This document shows, piece by piece, positions 61,472-64,000 of a stretch of DNA of 64,000 nucleotides. Origin of the DNA: Waterburya sp. (GTDB lineage Bacteria > Cyanobacteriota > Cyanobacteriia > Cyanobacteriales > Xenococcaceae). The notes under the pieces are model-generated. The model was not told the DNA's origin. It was given only the letters and a program-made list of their open reading frames with translations, and did not search any database. Position 1 is the first letter of the stretch. Each line of letters starts with the position of its first letter. The stretch covers positions 2,080,001 to 2,144,000 of the forward strand of contig CBDCJV010000002.1 in the NCBI GenBank assembly GCA_965217895.1, in the 5' to 3' direction. The translations under genes were made by a program, and so were the position numbers.

Positions 61472-63262
61472 TTACCTATTTGCTAGTTTCTTAGTTTTCA
61501 ACTTACGCAGACGGATAGATTCGGGAGTTACTTCTACAAGTTCATCAGAACCAATATATTCTAAAGCCCTTTCTAAACTCATTTCTGTGGGTGCTTGAAG
61601 TTGAACTAGCTCGTCTCCGCTAGCTGCACGGTGGTTAGTTAGCTGCTTGGCTTTGCAGACATTGAGGTCTAAATCTTGAGAACGATTGTGTTCACCAACA
61701 ATCATACCCTTATATACTTTAGTACCAGGAGTGATAAAGAATACTCCTCGATCTTCAGCGTTTTTAAGCGCGTAAAATGTTGCCACACCTTCTTCAAAAG
61801 CAATAATTACGCCATTGAAGCGAGTTTCTAGTTCTCCAGAAAAGTGGCGATACTCTAAGAAACTATGGTTCATAATTCCTTCGCCACGAGTTATCCGTAC
61901 AAAATCCCCACGGAAACCAATTAAACCCCTAGCTGGAATAACAAACTCTAGCTGAGTACGTCCACTGCTATTCTGCATATCCTTCATCTCGCCTTTACGC
62001 TGCCCAAGACGCTCAATACAGCTACCAACAGCAGCTTCAGGGACATCTAATACAAGATACTCAAAAGGCTCACAAGGCTTACCGTTGATTTCGCGATAGA
62101 TCACCTGGGGTTGAGATACCTGAAACTCATATCCCTCACGGCGCATGGTTTCAATTAAAATACCTAAATGTAGTTCACCTCTACCTGATACGAGAAATTG
62201 CTCGGCTGATTCTCCGTCTTCGACACGCAGAGCCACATTAGTTTCCAATTCTCGCATCAGGCGATCGCGAATTTGTCTAGAAGTTACAAAATCTCCTTCT
62301 TGTCCTGCAAAAGGTGAATTATTAACCGAGAAAGTCATTTGTAAAGTTGGTTCATCTACCTTAATCAAAGGCAATGCCTGAGGTTCGCTAGGACAAGTAA
62401 TTGTCTCGCCGATATTGGCATCGGCAAAGCCTGCCACAGCGACAATGTTACCAGCACTAGCTTCATCTAATTCCACTCTGGCTAGTCCTTTAAAGCCCAT
62501 GAGCTTAGAAATTTTTGATTTAACAATCTTGCCGTCTTCTTTAATCAGCGCAGCTTGTTGTCCAGCTTTCAAGACTCCGTTGTGGATTCTACCAATAACA
62601 ATCCGACCTAAATAGTCAGAATAGTCGAGAGTAGTAACCTGTAGCTGTAAAGGCTTGTCTGCGTCTCCTGCTGGTGGTGGAACATGATTGAGAATCGCTT
62701 CAAATAAAGGCTTCATATCTACCCCTTCTTCTTCCAGGGTTTCTTTGACGTAACCTTCCAATCCAGAAGCATAAAGGGTGGTAAAGTCGCACTGATCGTC
62801 ATCTGCACCCAACTCCACAAATAGATCGAATACTTTATCTACTGCACCATCGGGGTGAGCGCGAGGGCGATCAATTTTATTGACCACTACAATGGGACGC
62901 AAGCCCTTTTCTAAGGCTTTTTTGAGTACAAAGCGAGTTTGAGGCATTGGTCCTTCGTTGGCATCGACGATTAGTACACAGCCATCCACCATACCCAAGA
63001 CTCGTTCCACTTCTCCACCGAAGTCAGCGTGTCCAGGAGTATCAACAATATTAATTAAGGTATCTTGATAGCTAACAGCGGTATTTTTAGACAGAATTGT
63101 GATTCCTCGCTCTCTTTCGAGGTCATTGGAGTCCATGACACAATCTGGTACGTCTTCCCCCTCGCGGAAAATCCCCGACTGTTTTAGTAATGCGTCTACG
63201 AGAGTGGTTTTACCGTGATCGACGTGGGCAATGATTGCAATGTTACGAATGGGAAGAGACAT
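61472..63262 (-). CDS. typA: Translational GTPase TypA/BipA
   Basis: [24 protein letters not shown]. Confidence 0.98.
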   Translation of the reverse strand: MSLPIRNIAIIAHVDHGKTTLVDALLKQSGIFREGEDVPDCVMDSNDLERERGITILSKNTAVSYQDTLINIVDTPGHADFGGEVERVLGMVDGCVLIVDANEGPMPQTRFVLKKALEKGLRPIVVVNKIDRPRAHPDGAVDKVFDLFVELGADDDQCDFTTLYASGLEGYVKETLEEEGVDMKPLFEAILNHVPPPAGDADKPLQLQVTTLDYSDYLGRIVIGRIHNGVLKAGQQAALIKEDGKIVKSKISKLMGFKGLARVELDEASAGNIVAVAGFADANIGETITCPSEPQALPLIKVDEPTLQMTFSVNNSPFAGQEGDFVTSRQIRDRLMRELETNVALRVEDGESAEQFLVSGRGELHLGILIETMRREGYEFQVSQPQVIYREINGKPCEPFEYLVLDVPEAAVGSCIERLGQRKGEMKDMQNSSGRTQLEFVIPARGLIGFRGDFVRITRGEGIMNHSFLEYRHFSGELETRFNGVIIAFEEGVATFYALKNAEDRGVFFITPGTKVYKGMIVGEHNRSQDLDLNVCKAKQLTNHRAASGDELVQLQAPTEMSLERALEYIGSDELVEVTPESIRLRKLKTKKLANR

Positions 63263-63349
63263 AAAGGTAGTCTATAGACTTTTGTATCGTCAGCTCAAAG
63301 TTTCTTAATAATTATAACTCAGTTCCGTTTTTATTTATATTTAAATGTT

Positions 63350-63847
63350 ATGAGCAGTAAATTTATTAGACGAAAACGCGGCTTTTGGCTAGTTGCTATT
63401 TTGGGTATTATTTTTGATCAAATAACTAAATATTTAGTAGTCCAGAATTTTACTAATGTCCGTGACACTATTCCCTTATGGGAAGGCGTATTTCATTTAA
63501 CTTATGTAATTAATACAGGAGCAGCTTTTAGCTTTTTTACAGGACAGGTAGATATATTACGCTGGGTTTCGCTAATTGTTAGCTTATTATTAGTTATTTT
63601 TGTTTGGTATACTCCAAAATTAACTTTGATTGAGCAACTGGGCTATGGATTTATTTTGTCTGGGGCGGTGGGCAACGGTATTGACCGCTTTTTATTTGGT
63701 TATGTAGTCGATTTTATAGATTTTCGTTTAATCAACTTTCCCGTATTTAATATCGCTGATGTAGCAATCAATATTGGAGTATTACTATTGCTAATTGCCA
63801 GTTTCACTCCACCTCCCAGACCTCAAACAAAGGTCGAGCGAAAATAA
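63350..63847 (+). CDS. lspA: Lipoprotein signal peptidase II
   Basis: DQITK, NTGAAF, GNGIDR, VVDF, FNIAD. Confidence 0.97.
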   Translation: MSSKFIRRKRGFWLVAILGIIFDQITKYLVVQNFTNVRDTIPLWEGVFHLTYVINTGAAFSFFTGQVDILRWVSLIVSLLLVIFVWYTPKLTLIEQLGYGFILSGAVGNGIDRFLFGYVVDFIDFRLINFPVFNIADVAINIGVLLLLIASFTPPPRPQTKVERK

Positions 63848-64000
63848 TCCCTGGACTAAAGCTGACTGCACTATTTTCTATATCGACCTCCTTTTAGTCT
63901 CAGTTGAAGGCTAGTATATTTTTATTCCTAGTTTGTGAACGGCAAGCTCATGACATCTCTTGCAAAATTATTTTATGAATATTTGCTCCTGATAATATCA

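Overview
64 kb of a low-GC cyanobacterial chromosome. It has abundant HIP1 GCGATCGC octamers and carries rpaA, ho1, a psb35-like gene, a PFE-CTERM protein, and DUF29 and Uma2 genes. The left edge holds the right end of a Tn7-family transposon (tnsB start, tnsA, TGT terminus with repeated TnsB-site-like motifs) ending 24 bp downstream of the glmS stop; its TnsA lacks the conserved ELERR segment. Housekeeping genes follow (surE, uppS, leuB, mreBCD, fabG, typA, lspA), interleaved with accessory modules. These are a hybrid histidine kinase with a degenerate ATP-binding domain beside a REC-GGDEF-EAL gene, a single-ORF C5-methyltransferase/HpaII-like endonuclease fusion, and a putative iron-uptake trio. 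There is also a cluster with NtcA boxes that looks built for nitrogen scavenging (exported flavin amine oxidase + secreted RidA, copper amine oxidase + ClC-type channel + unannotated small membrane protein, NrtP, and an orphan NrtA overlapping a K+-channel gene). Two signals are absent from the ORF track: a family of tiny, nesting hairpin elements with covarying stems that insert in-frame into genes, and a metal-ABC permease relic whose segment junctions fall exactly on HIP1 sites. All assignments come from reading motifs by eye; no database searches were run.
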